Below are positions 1 through 13,623 of a DNA stretch of 64,000 nt, piece after piece (the stretch's first letter is position 1; each line of letters opens with the position of its first letter). The stretch lies in contig JBITNC010000001.1 in NCBI GenBank assembly GCA_050084985.1, positions 200,570,001 to 200,634,000 of the forward strand. Direction: 5' to 3'. The notes beneath the pieces were generated by a model that did no database searches, was not told the DNA's origin, and saw nothing but the letters and a program-made list of their open reading frames with translations. This DNA is from Nageia nagi (Eukaryota; Plantae; Pinophyta). A program made the translations under genes and the position numbers.

Positions 1-3000
1 TTATCCAAAATCATTTCCCTCTTTGGATCATAAGCCTTCTCTAAAAATAAAGGAAACCTTAAAGGAGCTAAAAATCATCTCCTCATCTCTAATTAAACCC
101 ATGATGGAGGTGAATGAGTTACCTCCTGTAACCTCCTCTCTGTTATGTACAAATCTTTAAGTACAAATTTTTTAATATCCATCATAACACATAATAATGA
201 CATCATAAAACATACATGTTTATGAATACAATTATGTTTTCAACATGTGAGGACTAAGAGGTACTTCATCATTTAAGACAGTTTTGCAGTCACAATACTC
301 TTTCATGGAATATTTGCCATTTTAATATATGGAATCTTTACCATATAAGTCATTCTTCTATGAATAAGTCATAGAATGTTTACCATTTAAATTTATAGAA
401 TCTTTACCATATAAATTATTCATTTTGAGAATTAGTTATGAATAATAACCACTAAGTTTTTAATTCATAATGCAATCCATCTATGGCTAGGAACCATAGT
501 ACACATCACACAATTATTTTCATTAGAATATCAATGATTGATTTGCACTTATTAATATTTCCCTTTTGAGTAAAGGATCTTAAATGAAATTGTTGGAGGT
601 CTCATATTGTCTGTGTTTGACTAAACTCTACCACAAATTCATGACATAGATTGGGTTCCAAAACTTAATGATTGTAAGTTATGATATCCTTCACTCTCTA
701 AAGGATAAACTAATCTTTCTAGATTAAGTTCATCGAACTTAAGAGTCATCCATATCTTAAAAGAGTATTATAAATAAAAGAATAAGGAGTCCCATTTACT
801 AATTATTATTTATTAGTCTAGGTTTATTTAGAGATTTTAATCAATAAAATATCATGTTCTTTTGAGGTTCCATTAGGATTTAAATGTTGATAACATGATT
901 ATTAGGTATTAGTTTAGAAAGCCTATAAATATATAAAATCATAGGTCAATTCTCAGCTACCAAATGCCTTTAATTTGATTGAGGTATTTTAGAGGAGGAT
1001 TTGATCAGAATACAAGAATAGTCGCTAACAATTTAGGGCTACCTCTTGTTTGCAATAGCTAAATCTTATCCATTCTCATATACTTAGAAAAGGATAGTAC
1101 TAATCTTTTATGCTTGGACTCTTAGTTCATAAAATTTAACTAGATCATAAACTTTTATTACAGATTATACTAAACAAGATTTACACTTATTAGTTAGATT
1201 ATAACATTTATATCAATTATCCAAAGAGTAAATACTAGGTGGAAGACCTTAAGGACTTTACAATAGTTTGGTTATAGTGAATGAATTATGCCTTACCACT
1301 ATAGATAAATTGAACTATTAAATAATCACCTAAACTCTAGCATTCTTAATGATACCAACATACACTAAGGTGCATTACAAGACTGTTCAAGCATTGTGAT
1401 TAATGAAATATAAAACTATTATATGAAAACATAGACTAATATTATCTAGTTTAATAATTCAATAGAAGTATAAAGTCTGTTCATTCAAATAAAATTTCAT
1501 TCACATGAATCATTCCGTGATGTTGTTGAAGTAGTCAATAAAAATTCAAGTAGACAATAGAATTTACAATGATTATCTATACTAACTTTCCAGATTGAAA
1601 GACTACAACATAAGAATTTACTGAAGTAGCTTAAGAATTATATCCAACATTCATAAAAAAACTTTCATGTATATGAACCAAATTCCTCTGTCTATTAAAG
1701 AGGATTTCAAGATTATACAAGTAATAGATATTCAATAAAGTAAAAACAAGTTATCTACATCCAAGATATAGACTAAACTACCTCTTATTCCACATACTTG
1801 ACAACTTAATAATTTCAACATATGAATGGAAATAACCAAGAAATATACATATACTTCAACTAATATGAATTTCCATATGGTATTTAAATAAACTTAGAAC
1901 AAAGTGTTTAAAACTTTACATTTATTATGAGCCTGAAACACAAATTTGTCCATAGCTTATCTTAAGTACACTGCAAACTAGAATAAAAATTCACAAAATA
2001 TTTATGTAGTCTGCTAATATTGAACTCTACCCAAGAGATAGCTTCATCATTTGATAAAAACTACATATTAGGTTCAAAATTAACCTTGATATAACAAAAT
2101 GGCCTAATGGGTGTTCGTCATATGTACAAAACTAAATATGAAAGATAAACTATAACACATAACTAAGTCACTCTTCCTCTAGCTCTTGAAGGTTCACTTG
2201 CAATTCAAATATAAGGGTGAGATTTCATTGAAACCTCAGTAAGGGAGATTCTCTAGCTTCTTTGCAATAGTCACTATCAGCATAAAATACTCATGCATTT
2301 AAATGTAGCATCATATCTTTTAAACTAAATATTTCAACAAGAAGGCATTCATAGTACACAATACATAAATATGAAAGAAGTTTATTGTTGTAAAAACTAT
2401 TATGTTTCCCTTTAAGTATGGTGGCTATAGTTTCAAACCCTCTAGTCCATTACTTATAGGTTCAATGTTCATGTAGTTGTATTGGGTTGAAACCATACTC
2501 TATAATAAGGAAAAAAGGTATTCCTTATAATGCATTCACCTATTCTTGACATCTAAAACCCTAAAATTTCTTACCTAATTTTTTTGATTAGTTTAAACAC
2601 TTGAATAATCTAGGAATGGATTCAGGTGATCCACATTAGCTTATTAATGTTGCTAGCTAGTCAGCACCCATATGGAAAGATTGGCTAAAGTCCAAATTAA
2701 ACAATTTTGATCAAATCTCTTCTGGTGTTCACTCCATAACACTCATCCTATTGAGGAGACATCTCATATGTGATCCCACCATTTCCACTTCATGAACTAT
2801 GCAACAGACATTTTATACATGATATATTGATTTCCTACTCGAGGCCCATATTACTCAAGAGAATGTATATCCACTAGGTTACATATCCTCACCCGATGAT
2901 AACCATCTGACTCATAAGAGAAGATAGTTTATCCTAGGCAAACTTCCTTGTGAGTAGGTAACATCATCGCCTATGGAATAGTCATCATACTCCTATGTGC

Positions 3001-3519
3001 TTAACTATAAGTAGTATGACTACTAAATTACCTTCACCTAGTAACCATAGTTTTATCAATTGCTATCCTCGTATGACACTTTATCGAGGATATGAGACAC
3101 TAGCCTACCCATATCTATTGGCTAGGCTCACCATGGAATCTGTCATCCCTATGCCCATATCTTAGGAATACATGGGTATTAAAATAAAACCCTCAAGTGG
3201 TTGGTATAGTCTAATTAACTTTAAGCAAGTGTATAAAATAGAAACCACCCATGACTTAACGAACTTAAGATAATTGATCCCAGATCAATTATTAAGTTCC
3301 ATGTTCATACTATGCATGAGATATTAAAGCAACTCATATTTTGTGTTTAAAATCAATAAGCAAAGTGTATGAAGGAAGACTCAAAACTTATTTAGGAAGT
3401 CACATAAGATATCTGGAAGTACTATAAATATCCCATATGCATGATACTACATAATTAATACTACTTTTAAAAAGTCCTCATATTAGTGTTTAGTAATGTG
3501 CCTTGAAATGACACTAAAG

Positions 3520-4808
3520 TTAGATATTGCCATAAAGGAAATACGGTGCGAAGTGGTCCATACTAAAGGAATATTCTTTTGGAATGTCATTGAGTGAGGG
3601 AGGTTCAACTAATGAATATTCTACACCATTTTCCTTCATTATCAAATCCATCCAAAACTCTCCTTTTTGAGTTGATGTTATCATACTAGGGTGTAATGTA
3701 AGCTATTCTTTAATTTGAACTTTGTCCTTTGTTGATAGACCCATCCTATATTTAGAGCCAAATTAAGGTTCACCATTGCACCCATGTCTTAATTTTAAAT
3801 GATTATTCTTAGTACATTATTAATTTTAAACATGCTACAAGATTTTGCACCTTCTTCTTAATGGTAAGTATCATTTACTAAGAAATATTGAGTGGCTAAT
3901 CCTTATCACTACTAGGCTATTTGATCCCTTTTTTGATACTCAAGGATTCCTAAATTCTTCTCCAATGAATTTGATTTATGGAAGAATACTTTCCTTCTCC
4001 ATAATATGGATTATATCCTTAGGTATCTTAAATTCATTATAATTATTATTATCTACTGATGGATTTCCTTCTATGTATTGGATCACAAATCTTCTAAGTT
4101 CCTATCAATATTTATTTGCAAGGATCAAAGAGTAATACTTAGGGTTTATTTTTATTGTGAAATGCCTTTTCTCTTTTATAATATGAAATACATCTTAGAA
4201 GTAGAGTAGGACAATGGAGTTTATCAATCACTATAAAATAGAGAATTATTAAACTCGTAGAGTACTAAACTTATCCCATCCCTTAATATTTATTTAAGAA
4301 ATGTTAACTTAGTAATGATCAAAATGATTTAATTTACTTGTTTGTTATTCATATTCTCATATTACCTTTTTTCTTCATGTGGTACTATAGTTCCTAATAT
4401 TTAAAAACAACTTCAAAAGATCACAATATAGAGTAAAGTATATCATATATCCACTAAATGAATCTTAAAGGTTTCCAAGAGGTTCTTTCAAACTTGTATT
4501 CCATTAAATTATTTCATGAAGATATTAAATACATTAAATGAGGACAACCCTTATTATTTTCAAGAGGGTTCCTTTACAATTTTTGATGAATAAATTACAT
4601 GGTGGATAAATCAAAACTTGTTTTAAAGAGTCGTCAATGCTTCTTTGGCTTTGATGTAGATTCCTCCATCTTCATCTTCAAACTTCTTCCAAGGAATAAT
4701 GGTGAGTGGATCAAGTACTAAGAAGGTTATAAGTTTGAGGATCATGACATCCCTTTTTTCATTTACAACCATGATGCAAATGAATCTAACTAAAATCTTT
4801 CCATTCAT
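3520..4808 (-). pseudogene. LTR-embedded degenerate ORF of unknown function (ORF-X), solo-LTR copy
   Basis: N-terminal ORF 4623-4808 plus a stop-interrupted frame ending ...NDIPKEYSFSMDHFAPYFLYGNI*. Peptide motifs shared with the element-B copies: KKG.(H/L)DPQ, PW(K/R), N(C/Y)KGTL, ND..KEYS.S. Confidence 0.5.
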
Positions 4809-5673
4809 TTAAACTCATTTTATAGACCTTAGGAGGATTTAGTCTTTTAAAGGATCACCTCTGTTCCTTAGTTGTGGGTAGAAATTTCAACATTTAATCA
4901 ATACAGTTTCTCAAATTATTTTACCATCATTAAAAACCAATTACCATTTAATAATCTATTATCCACTCTAGATAGATAATACTTCATCGTCTAAATTTTA
5001 TTAACTTTGGAAAAACTTTCTTTCCCACCTCATTTTAAAGTTCTTAAAAAATTCATTCTAGTAATGTATCAGAATTTCTACTATGACAATGAATGCAATA
5101 GTAATTAAAAACTATTAAATACACCTTGACCACATCATACTATATATCTTCCAAGGTTAATTTCTTACCATTTTAATTTATTTATAGGTTAATGAAACAT
5201 AGGCACACTATATAACCTATAACATAACTTTCATTAAACCTTAATAATCCTCTTCTTATACATTATACTAACATTTTACAATAATTAGTGTAACATAAAA
5301 CTCCATTAATAGAATAATTAAATCCTGGTCACCATCAAAACTCTTGTAACCCATGTAATCGAATTTTCTAAGGTAAACTGCAAGTAATTAGTCATTTTGG
5401 AGATTCATAATGTTGAATTTCAATAGTTTTCCTGAGATATTGTAGGGAGTTATCATTGCAAAGAGGTGATGTTAGTTTTAAATGTGTCTAATTAATTTTA
5501 GCTCTATATAGTGAAAGAAAAATCCAATATAGATCGGGTGATATCTTCCTTACTTTAACATTAGTTATTAACAACATTTTAATACATCACAGAAACTATT
5601 CCATCTTCTTAAGACCTAACAAGATATATTTAGCCATAAAATGTGTCTTATAAGTCCCATATAATTCTTATAG

Positions 5674-6400
5674 CGTAGTTGGTATGGAAAAATGTAGAGA
5701 TAAATAGGAGAGGGAATCATATGCAAAATGATTTTTTTGAAATTTAAGCAAATTCAATGGTCAAGTGTGAAGCTAAACTCTACAACCTTTGTCAGAATTC
5801 TTTTGGCATGAGCCACCACATGAGCTCGAGAAGGAGATATGGAGGTCCATAAAAGAGTAGTTGAAATGGTTTCACATCAAATGTTGAGGTCAAGAGTGAC
5901 TTAATACTAGTATATGCAAAATGTAGAAGAGTATGTATGCTACAAAGAGAGTTTCATTGATAGGAATGATTGCAAAATATGCATAAGATAGATTTTCTGA
6001 GAAAGCACTAGAGGTGTTTAAGTAGACTCAATGATCAGGCATATAGCCAGGATCTGAAATCTTTATCAATATTTTTTTGACATGAGCCATCATGGGAGCT
6101 TGAGAAGAAGATATGGATATTTACCAAAGTGTATTTGAAATGGTTTCTCATTGAATATTATGGTGTGAATGCCTGATATGTAAAACTATACACAAAGTTT
6201 AGGAATTGTTTAACCATAGGCATGTTTTATGGACTACAATGATCGCAAGATATGCAAAAAGTGGTCTATATAAAAAGGCATTTGGGGTATTAAATAATGC
6301 TCAAGAGTAAAGTTAAATGCTGATATCATTGCCAATATTTTTCCAACATGGGCCATCATAGGAGCTCTCAAATGAACTTTGAAATCTGTTGGGAAGCATG
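5674..6400 (+). pseudogene. PLS-class PPR gene fragment inside the solo LTR
   Basis: Translates KQIQWSSVKLNSTTFVRILLA*ATT*AREGDMEVHKRVVE..VYAKCRR..MIAKYA*DRFSEKALEVFK, matching the conifer PPR consensus KQMQLAGVKPNSTTFASILPACAKMGALEQGMEIHQ..MYAKCG. About three motif sets with stops and frameshifts. Confidence 0.85.
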
Positions 6401-9039
6401 GGAGAAAGACTAAGGAGAGACTTAAAATTTTGCAAGTAAATTTCATGAGCATACACAAAAAGGGGAGTTGTCAAATCAACTAAATAAAATAGTAATAGGC
6501 CATAGGAGTTTGTACTTGAATCCTTCCCTTCAATAAATTTCAAATAAACAATATAATAAGATATACTCCTTTCAAAAGGCAAAAAGTACCAATTATCACA
6601 TGTAGTATATTAAATAAACTAGGTAGCATGTCCTTTCAAATGGAACAAGGCCTCTATCAATAATTAATTTAATAAGCCTTTATCAAGTAATACTTCAGTA
6701 CAACATGTTAAATAGCATCAAGTAAGTCTACTTCTCTAACTAGGCATTTTATCTTTAATGTCTAAAATGCAAAAGAATGCACCTGGACTTGAAAGAGGGA
6801 GAGGCTTCTCTTCTTCATGTAACTCTAGACCCAAATCTTGAGAATAATAATAATGAGATAGTATATAATTTTTTTAATATTCCACCTCTTTATTTATAGC
6901 CAAGGAGGTTCAAATATATCCAAATGAACATCTACTCATCCCTTTAATAATTTTTTATGGTAGGTATCAATAAAGTTATTGATGAGAGTAGGGGCATTAA
7001 ATAATTTGGACAAATTTTATATTAATTAATAAATTAAGGCCAATTATTTTCCATACCTAATACAAATAAACAAAATAAGTAGGGTCATATCTCAATTATT
7101 TTCATAAACCATTAAATACATGTAACATCCACAAAGTGAACTTAGTCCTTTTTGACTATTTTTTATTTTAATTTTCACTTTAGTTTACTAATAACTATAA
7201 GTAAAAATTTGAATTCAAAAGAAGGGAATGTTCCTTGCCCTCCCTTTTCAAATTTAAAATGCAAAAATTCACAATAGGAAGTCAATCACATATTTTACTT
7301 GTGATGGTCACCTCATTCTGCAAGATAAATTATTAATCCATACACACATCCACAAATAGACATTCATTATGAAAATCAACATTCATGACTAATTATTCTA
7401 CCATATAACTACATGATCTATGATGGTCATGAGGGTTTTTTAGTGAACCAATGCCAATCATTTCCTCACTCTTATCCTTTTATTTCTATCACAAATTCAC
7501 TCTTGGTTCCTTGGGTCTTTTTTTGCACTTTCCATTTCAATTTAACCTATGACCTGTGTCAAAACATATTGAAGCTAGAATCAAATTTACATAAATAAAG
7601 CATATCATTATTCAAAACTTATCATTACATGGCATAATTCAAACTTAATTTAATTTGAATCCTCTATAGTGCTCGAGTCTTAACAGTGCAATTAGGTGGT
7701 TCATCACATTCTTTCTTAGTTGTATCTAGGGTTTTACAACAAAACTAAAATAATACTTATTTCGAATTTAATTACCACACATAGAAGTAATCTTTAAAGT
7801 AATTACAAAACTAACATACTTAGAAAATGCACATGTTATATGCTAAACATACTTCAAAATGTAATATCAAATAATGTAAATAGTTTAAACACAAACCCTA
7901 CAACTATAACTGTAAAGTATAAAATGCTCATACAATAATCATATATTCAAGTGTATGCTACAATTGACCCAACATAGAAGATAAGGAATACTCCACTTAT
8001 AGGTAATTTAGGTGCAAAAAAATTTAAAACCAAACTAGTAGGTAAAATCACATATATAGGCATCCACAATAAAGTGAATACTCCTTTTGCTACCCAAATG
8101 CCCATGTCAAAAGATGCTTCCAAGGTAAATAAGATAGCTCCTTCAAATATGGGTTCATTCCCACCATCAAGGTGAATGGAAACTAATAAGATTCCACCCA
8201 TACTACCTCAATATTTGTTGAAAAGTGAGGAGACCCCATGGTTTCAAATAAATCTCCATCAAAATCAATGCCACTAGGGATTATGATCACTATTTCAATA
8301 GAGGTTATGCTAAGTTCTTTGCAAGCACCTCTAAGAATGATAGGGGAAATAAAAAGAATCCTACAAATTCAAATCCACTATCAACCATGATGATAGGGTA
8401 CCAACATACTATGAATCTAAAATAAAACCTTAATCTCCACACTCGAGAAGTTTCCTCAACCACTCAAAAAAGTGAAGGAATGTTCTGGAGAAGCTTAAAT
8501 TCTAAGTTTTTCAATGAATTGTAGATCCTTCTCCACCTAGCATTCAATGCATCATTTTATGAAACCACCACTAAACCAACATTTTTAAGGGAATGTTTTT
8601 TTTATTCCTATACTAACACTTAATAAGTAATAGGAGACTTAGCCAGTTCTAGCCATCACTTATACTAAGCTAATGTATTGAGAGGGAAAGGAAATGTTTA
8701 ACAAGTATAGATTAGTTTAGGGTTTAAAAGGATTTGGAATAGTTTAGGTTAGGTTTTAGTTTATTAATTTAAATTTCCATATTTTCCTTAGTATATTGAT
8801 CTAACATTTAGTTTTTTTTAAATTACAGGTTTAATAAAAATAAGGATGTTACCATGGCTGGTTACACCTTTCCTATCATTAATCTAATTTAATCATAATT
8901 AAACTCTACAATTAGCCATGATAAAAGTTAGAACCTTATTGAATAACAAAAATAAAATAATCAATAAGATGAAAGAAAATATTCAATGACATATTCCCCC
9001 TTTGGAATGAACTCAATCTCATGAGTTTGATTGTTCTAG

Positions 9040-11170
9040 AGACCACAAGTTAGGAAACTATAGTTTCATATTTTTTACCTTTTCCTAGGTAGCACAACAT
9101 TCAAAAAATTGATCGCACTTCACTAAGCAATCATTAATTTCATGATTCTTGAGTGTTCTAGAATGATGTTCAAGAATTTTGATAGGTTTAACTTCAATGG
9201 AAAGAGATTCTATTTTGGATATATTGAATTGGAAACATGTGCCTTTAATAGGGACACATGAAATATATTATGAATTTTCAAAATATTGAATGGTAGTTCC
9301 AATCTATAGGCCATTGGATTGATCTTTTTTAGAATTGTGAATGGTCCAACAAACCTAGCTATCAATTTGGAGGTCTTGATTGAACTCTTACTAGGTTTAT
9401 CCTTGAGAAATACCTTATCTCCAACCTAGAATTCCCAAGGGATTTGCTTCAGATCAACCAAACTTTTACTCCTATCAGTAGCGTATTTAAGTTTAGTCTA
9501 AATATTTTTGAGTTGATCCTCCATTTCCATTAGCAAATTTGGTCCAATGATAACTCTATATTTTAGGTTATTTTAGGAAACAAGGTTTTGACACTTTCAC
9601 CCATAAAGAGCTTCAAATGGGGCCATTCCTAAGGATGTCTAAAATGCATTATTATAGGAAAACACCACTAGATGTAAATATTCTTCCCATTTGTTGGGAT
9701 TATTCATACAATACATTTGAAGCATATATTCCAAAATTTGGTTAAGCCTCTCAGTTTTTTCCATTAGATTTAGGATGATAGGTTGTGCTAAAATTCAACT
9801 TAGTACCTGTTTCTTTGTTAAGTGTTTTCTATAACTCAAAAGGTAAATTTTCTTTCATGATCTAAAACTATATTTTTAATAATATCATGTAACCTAAATA
9901 CTTCTTTCATGAATTTTTGGGAAACTACAGTGATATCATTCGAAGTATTCCTAGGAATAAAATGGGCTACCTTTGAGAATCTATCTATCATAATAAAAAT
10001 GGAATCATGGTGAAACTTAATTTTAGGTAGACCCACTATAAAATCCATACTTATCGACTACTTTTCATGGGATGGTATTCTTAGCAATTGTAAGCTACCA
10101 GTAGGTTTGATTCTTTTAGGCTTGACTTGATGGTACTCAAATTACCTAGCCACATACTCCATAATGTCCCTTTTCATTCCACACCAATAAAATTGCTTTT
10201 TAGCATTTTTCCTTATTTTATTAACTCTAGGATGAGTAGAGAAGGGAGTGTGATATATTTTAAATATAATTTATTTCTAAGGTTTCCTTTTGAATATATG
10301 ACTAATTTGTTACCAAAATACAATAAACCATCATCCTTAATAAAAAATCCTTCTTGCAAACCTTTTTGAATTTGGACTTTTTGATTAATGCAAAAAGTAT
10401 CCTTGATTTGGTAGTTTAAAACTTTATTCTTTAGATTAGATTTATAACTTGAAATTGCCATCAAAATATGTCTTTTCCTACTAAGTGCATTAGCTACTTT
10501 ATTTTATTTACTTTCAATATAATCTATTTGTAAATTATACTCTACTAAAAATTCCATCCAACACCTTTTTCTAACATTCAATAGGTCTAGGTGAATAGAT
10601 ATTGCAAACTATGGTGATCAATTTAAGGTAAAAAGGTCTACCCAATAGATAATATCATCATATTTTATGTGCATGCATAATTGGTACTAGCTCCAGATCA
10701 TGTGTAGGATAATTCTTCTAATGATCTTTGAGTTTGCAAGATTTATAGGCCACTATAGTTCCCTCCTGCATAAGCAATCCACACAAACCTTTAATGCAAG
10801 CATCTGTACATAATGAAATCCTTTTAAGTATCTAATAATTTCATAATTGAATCCAAATTAAAGCTTTATTTAAGAGTAAAGAAGGTTGATTCACACTTCT
10901 CATCCCAAATAAAATTTTAGCCTTTTCACTAGAGTTAGGTTATAGGGTATGCTATTTTTGAGAAATATTTTACAAATTTGTGGTAGTAACCAGCTAACTT
11001 CATGAAGCTAAATTTTTTTAAATACATTAATTAGGGAACGCCAATTCATGAATTCCATAATATTTTGAGGATCTATAGCTATCCCACTAGCTAAAATAAT
11101 ATTCCCAAGATAATGAACTTATGGAGTGAAAAGCTCATATTTGGACAATTTACTATTAAATTTAGGTAGT
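9040..11170 (-). pseudogene. Element A pol remnant: RT C-terminus, RNase H, integrase, chromodomain
   Basis: MDFIVGLPKIKFHHDSIFIMIDRFSKVAHFIP (9836-10048); ARFVGPFTIL (GPY/F module); chromodomain KPIKILEHHSRTLKNHEINDCLVK..AT*E..FPNL; RNase H YPTHDLELVPI. Confidence 0.9.
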
Positions 11171-11603
11171 TGGAAATGTATTATATCTTTAGTTAACTCT
11201 ACCATGACTTGAGTCCTTTCTTGTTACAAAAGATCACCAAGAAGTTCCCCATTCACTTTGGGTTGGGATTTAAGGAATTGAGTAATTAATTATTGATTCT
11301 CCTACATTTTCTTTTGCATCTATTCCATAGTTGCATCAAGGATAATTCTATTGTCACCAATACCCTCATGCTAATGGATGTGCTCAGGTTGGGCATTATT
11401 AGTACTATTATTATTATGATGGATCTAAGCATTATCTTGATTTGAAACACTTGATCAAGGTTCATTATTTCTTCCTCTACCCTTGCCTCTTTGATGACCC
11501 CTAAACCTATCTCTATCCCTTCAAGTATCAAACATTCTTCTCTTCAATAAAAATAATGGTTGAGAAACTCATATAGATAGGTAGAAATTTTATAGAAACA
11601 TGG

Positions 11604-11615
11604 GATTTGATACCA
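11604..11615 (-). promoter_or_regulatory. Primer binding site (tRNA-Met-like), element A
   Basis: Minus strand TGGTATCAAATC resembles TGGTATCAGAGC and lies 2 bp from the LTR end. Confidence 0.75.
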
Positions 11616-11617
11616 AA

Positions 11618-13623
11618 TTTTATGTATTAATATTTAAGTATACTTTTTTTTAACATCCATCATAACACATTAAATAAATCATAAAACATACATGTTTATG
11701 CATACAATTGTGTTTTCAACATGTGAGGAATAAGAGGTACTTTTTCATTTAAGATAGTGTTGCAGTCACAATACTCTTTCATGGAATATTTACCATTTTA
11801 TTGTATAGAATATTTACCATATAATTCATTCTTTAATGAGTAAGTTATGGAATATTTAACATTTAAATATATAAAATCTTTACAATTAAGTTATTCATTT
11901 TGAGATTTAGTTATGAATAAGACCCATATATGTTCTTAATTCATAATGCAGTCCATCTATGGTCAAGAACCATGGTACACGTAACATAATTATTATCATT
12001 ATAATGTTAATGATTGATTTGTACTTATTAATATTTCCCTTCCAAGTAAAGGATCTTAAATGAAATTTTTGGAGGTCTCATACTATTTATGTTTGATTAG
12101 ACTCTACCAAATATTCATGACATAGATTAGGTTCCAAAACTTAATAGTCTTAAGTTATTGTATTCTTTGCTCTCTAAAGGATAAACTAATCTTTCTATAT
12201 TAAGTTCATCAAACTTTAGAGTCATCAATATCCTAAAAGAGTATTAGAAAAAAAAAGAGTCCCATTTCCTAATTATTATTTGTTATTCTAGGTTTATTTA
12301 GAGATTTCAATCAATAAAATACCCTATTCTTTTGAGGTTCCTTTTGGAGTTAAATGTTGATCATAGGATTATTAGGTCTTCATTTAGAAAACCTATAAAT
12401 ATATAAAAGGTTTACTTTGTTTTTCATAAATTGTAGGTCAATTCTTAGCTACAAAATACCTTTAATTTGGTTGAGGTATTTTAGAGGAGGATTTGATTAG
12501 AATACAAGAATAAAAACCTATTACTATCACTATAGAGTATAAAATGTTCACATAATAATAATATACTCAAGTGTATGTTATAGCTAACCTAATAGAGAAG
12601 ATAATGAATAGTACACTTATAAGTAAATTGAGCACAAATCAATCAAAACCCTAACTTGTTGGAAAAATCCCATGTCCAAGAACCCATAAGAAAGTGAAGG
12701 CTCCTCCTACTACCCAAATTCCCACATCCAAAGATTCATCCAAGGTAAATAAGTTGTTTCCTTCAAATATGGGTTCATTCCTAACATTAAGCTAAATGTA
12801 AACTGATAGGATTCCATCCATACTAGCTTAGGATTTGTTGAAAAGTAAGGATACCCATGGTTTTAGATAAAGATCTAATAAAATTGATGCCGCTAAGGAT
12901 TATGATCCCCATTTTAATAGAGATTAGACCAAGTTATTCATAAGTACATCTTATAATGATAGGGGAAATAATAGCCAAACTCTTGCGAATTTGACTTCAT
13001 TATCGACCATGATGATAGGATACCAACATACTACAAAGCTCAAATAAAATCCTAATTGTTGCACGTAAGAAGTTTCCTCATCCACTTGACAAAGTGAAGG
13101 TATGTTCTAGAGCTTAGGGTTAAATTCCAAGTGTTTCAATGAACTATGGATCCTTATCCACTTGATGTCTAATGTGTTGTTTGATGAAACCACCATGAGA
13201 CCAATATTTTTAAGGGAATTGTTTTTTTTTAAATTCCCTCACTAACACTTAGAAAGTAATAAGGGACTTAACCAATTCTATTCATTAGTTATACTAAGCT
13301 AATGTATTGAGAGGGAAACAAAATATTTAACAAGTAAAGATTAGTTTAAGGTTTAATAAGCTTAGGAATAGTTTAGGTTAAGTTTTAGTTTATATATTTA
13401 AATTTCCATATTTTCCTTAGTATATTGATGTAACATTTAGTATTTTTTTTTAAATTGTAGGTTTAATAAAAATAAGGACATTGCCATACTTGATTCCACT
13501 TTTTCTATCATTAATCTAGTTCAATCATAATTAAACTCTACAATTAACCATGATGAAAGTTAGAACCTTATTGAATAATGAAAATAAAATAATCAAGAAG
13601 GTGAATGAAAATGGTCCATGAAA
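11618..13623 (-). repeat. 5' LTR of element A, lacking ~500 bp present in the 3' LTR
   Basis: Direct repeat of 141-1020 joined directly to 7890-8991. Confidence 0.85.

Larger units (their letters stand above)
1348..7708 (-). mobile_element. Solo LTR (~6.4 kb) related to the LTRs of element B
   Basis: 2530-3590 aligns with 46610-47700 and 6770-7708 aligns with 51050-51959, including the terminus (ggttcatcaca vs ggttattaca). Flanked by TTCTT at 1343-1347 and 7709-7713. The left terminus is degenerate (aatgatacc), so that boundary is less certain. Confidence 0.75.
141..8991 (-). repeat. 3' LTR of element A, split by the inserted solo LTR 1348-7708
   Basis: Starts tgttatgtac, ends aatgaca next to the PPT; both halves match 11618-13623. 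Confidence 0.85.
141..13623 (-). mobile_element. Element A: Ty3/Gypsy chromovirus (Tekay/Del-like), internally deleted
   Basis: LTR copies 141-~1020 match 11618-~12510, and ~7890-8991 match ~12510-13623. TSD CTCTC at 136-140 and 13624-13628. Met-type PBS (gatttgatacca) at 11604-11615. PPT complement tattccccctttgg at 8992+. Integrase and chromodomain remnants. Confidence 0.9.

Noticed and set aside
1348-1357. aatgatacca as a Met PBS
   Set aside because: No internal gag region is adjacent; it fits better as the decayed terminus of the solo LTR next to the TTCTT TSD.
5674-6400. Functional host PPR gene
   Set aside because: Multiple stops, frameshifts and deletions; embedded in an LTR.
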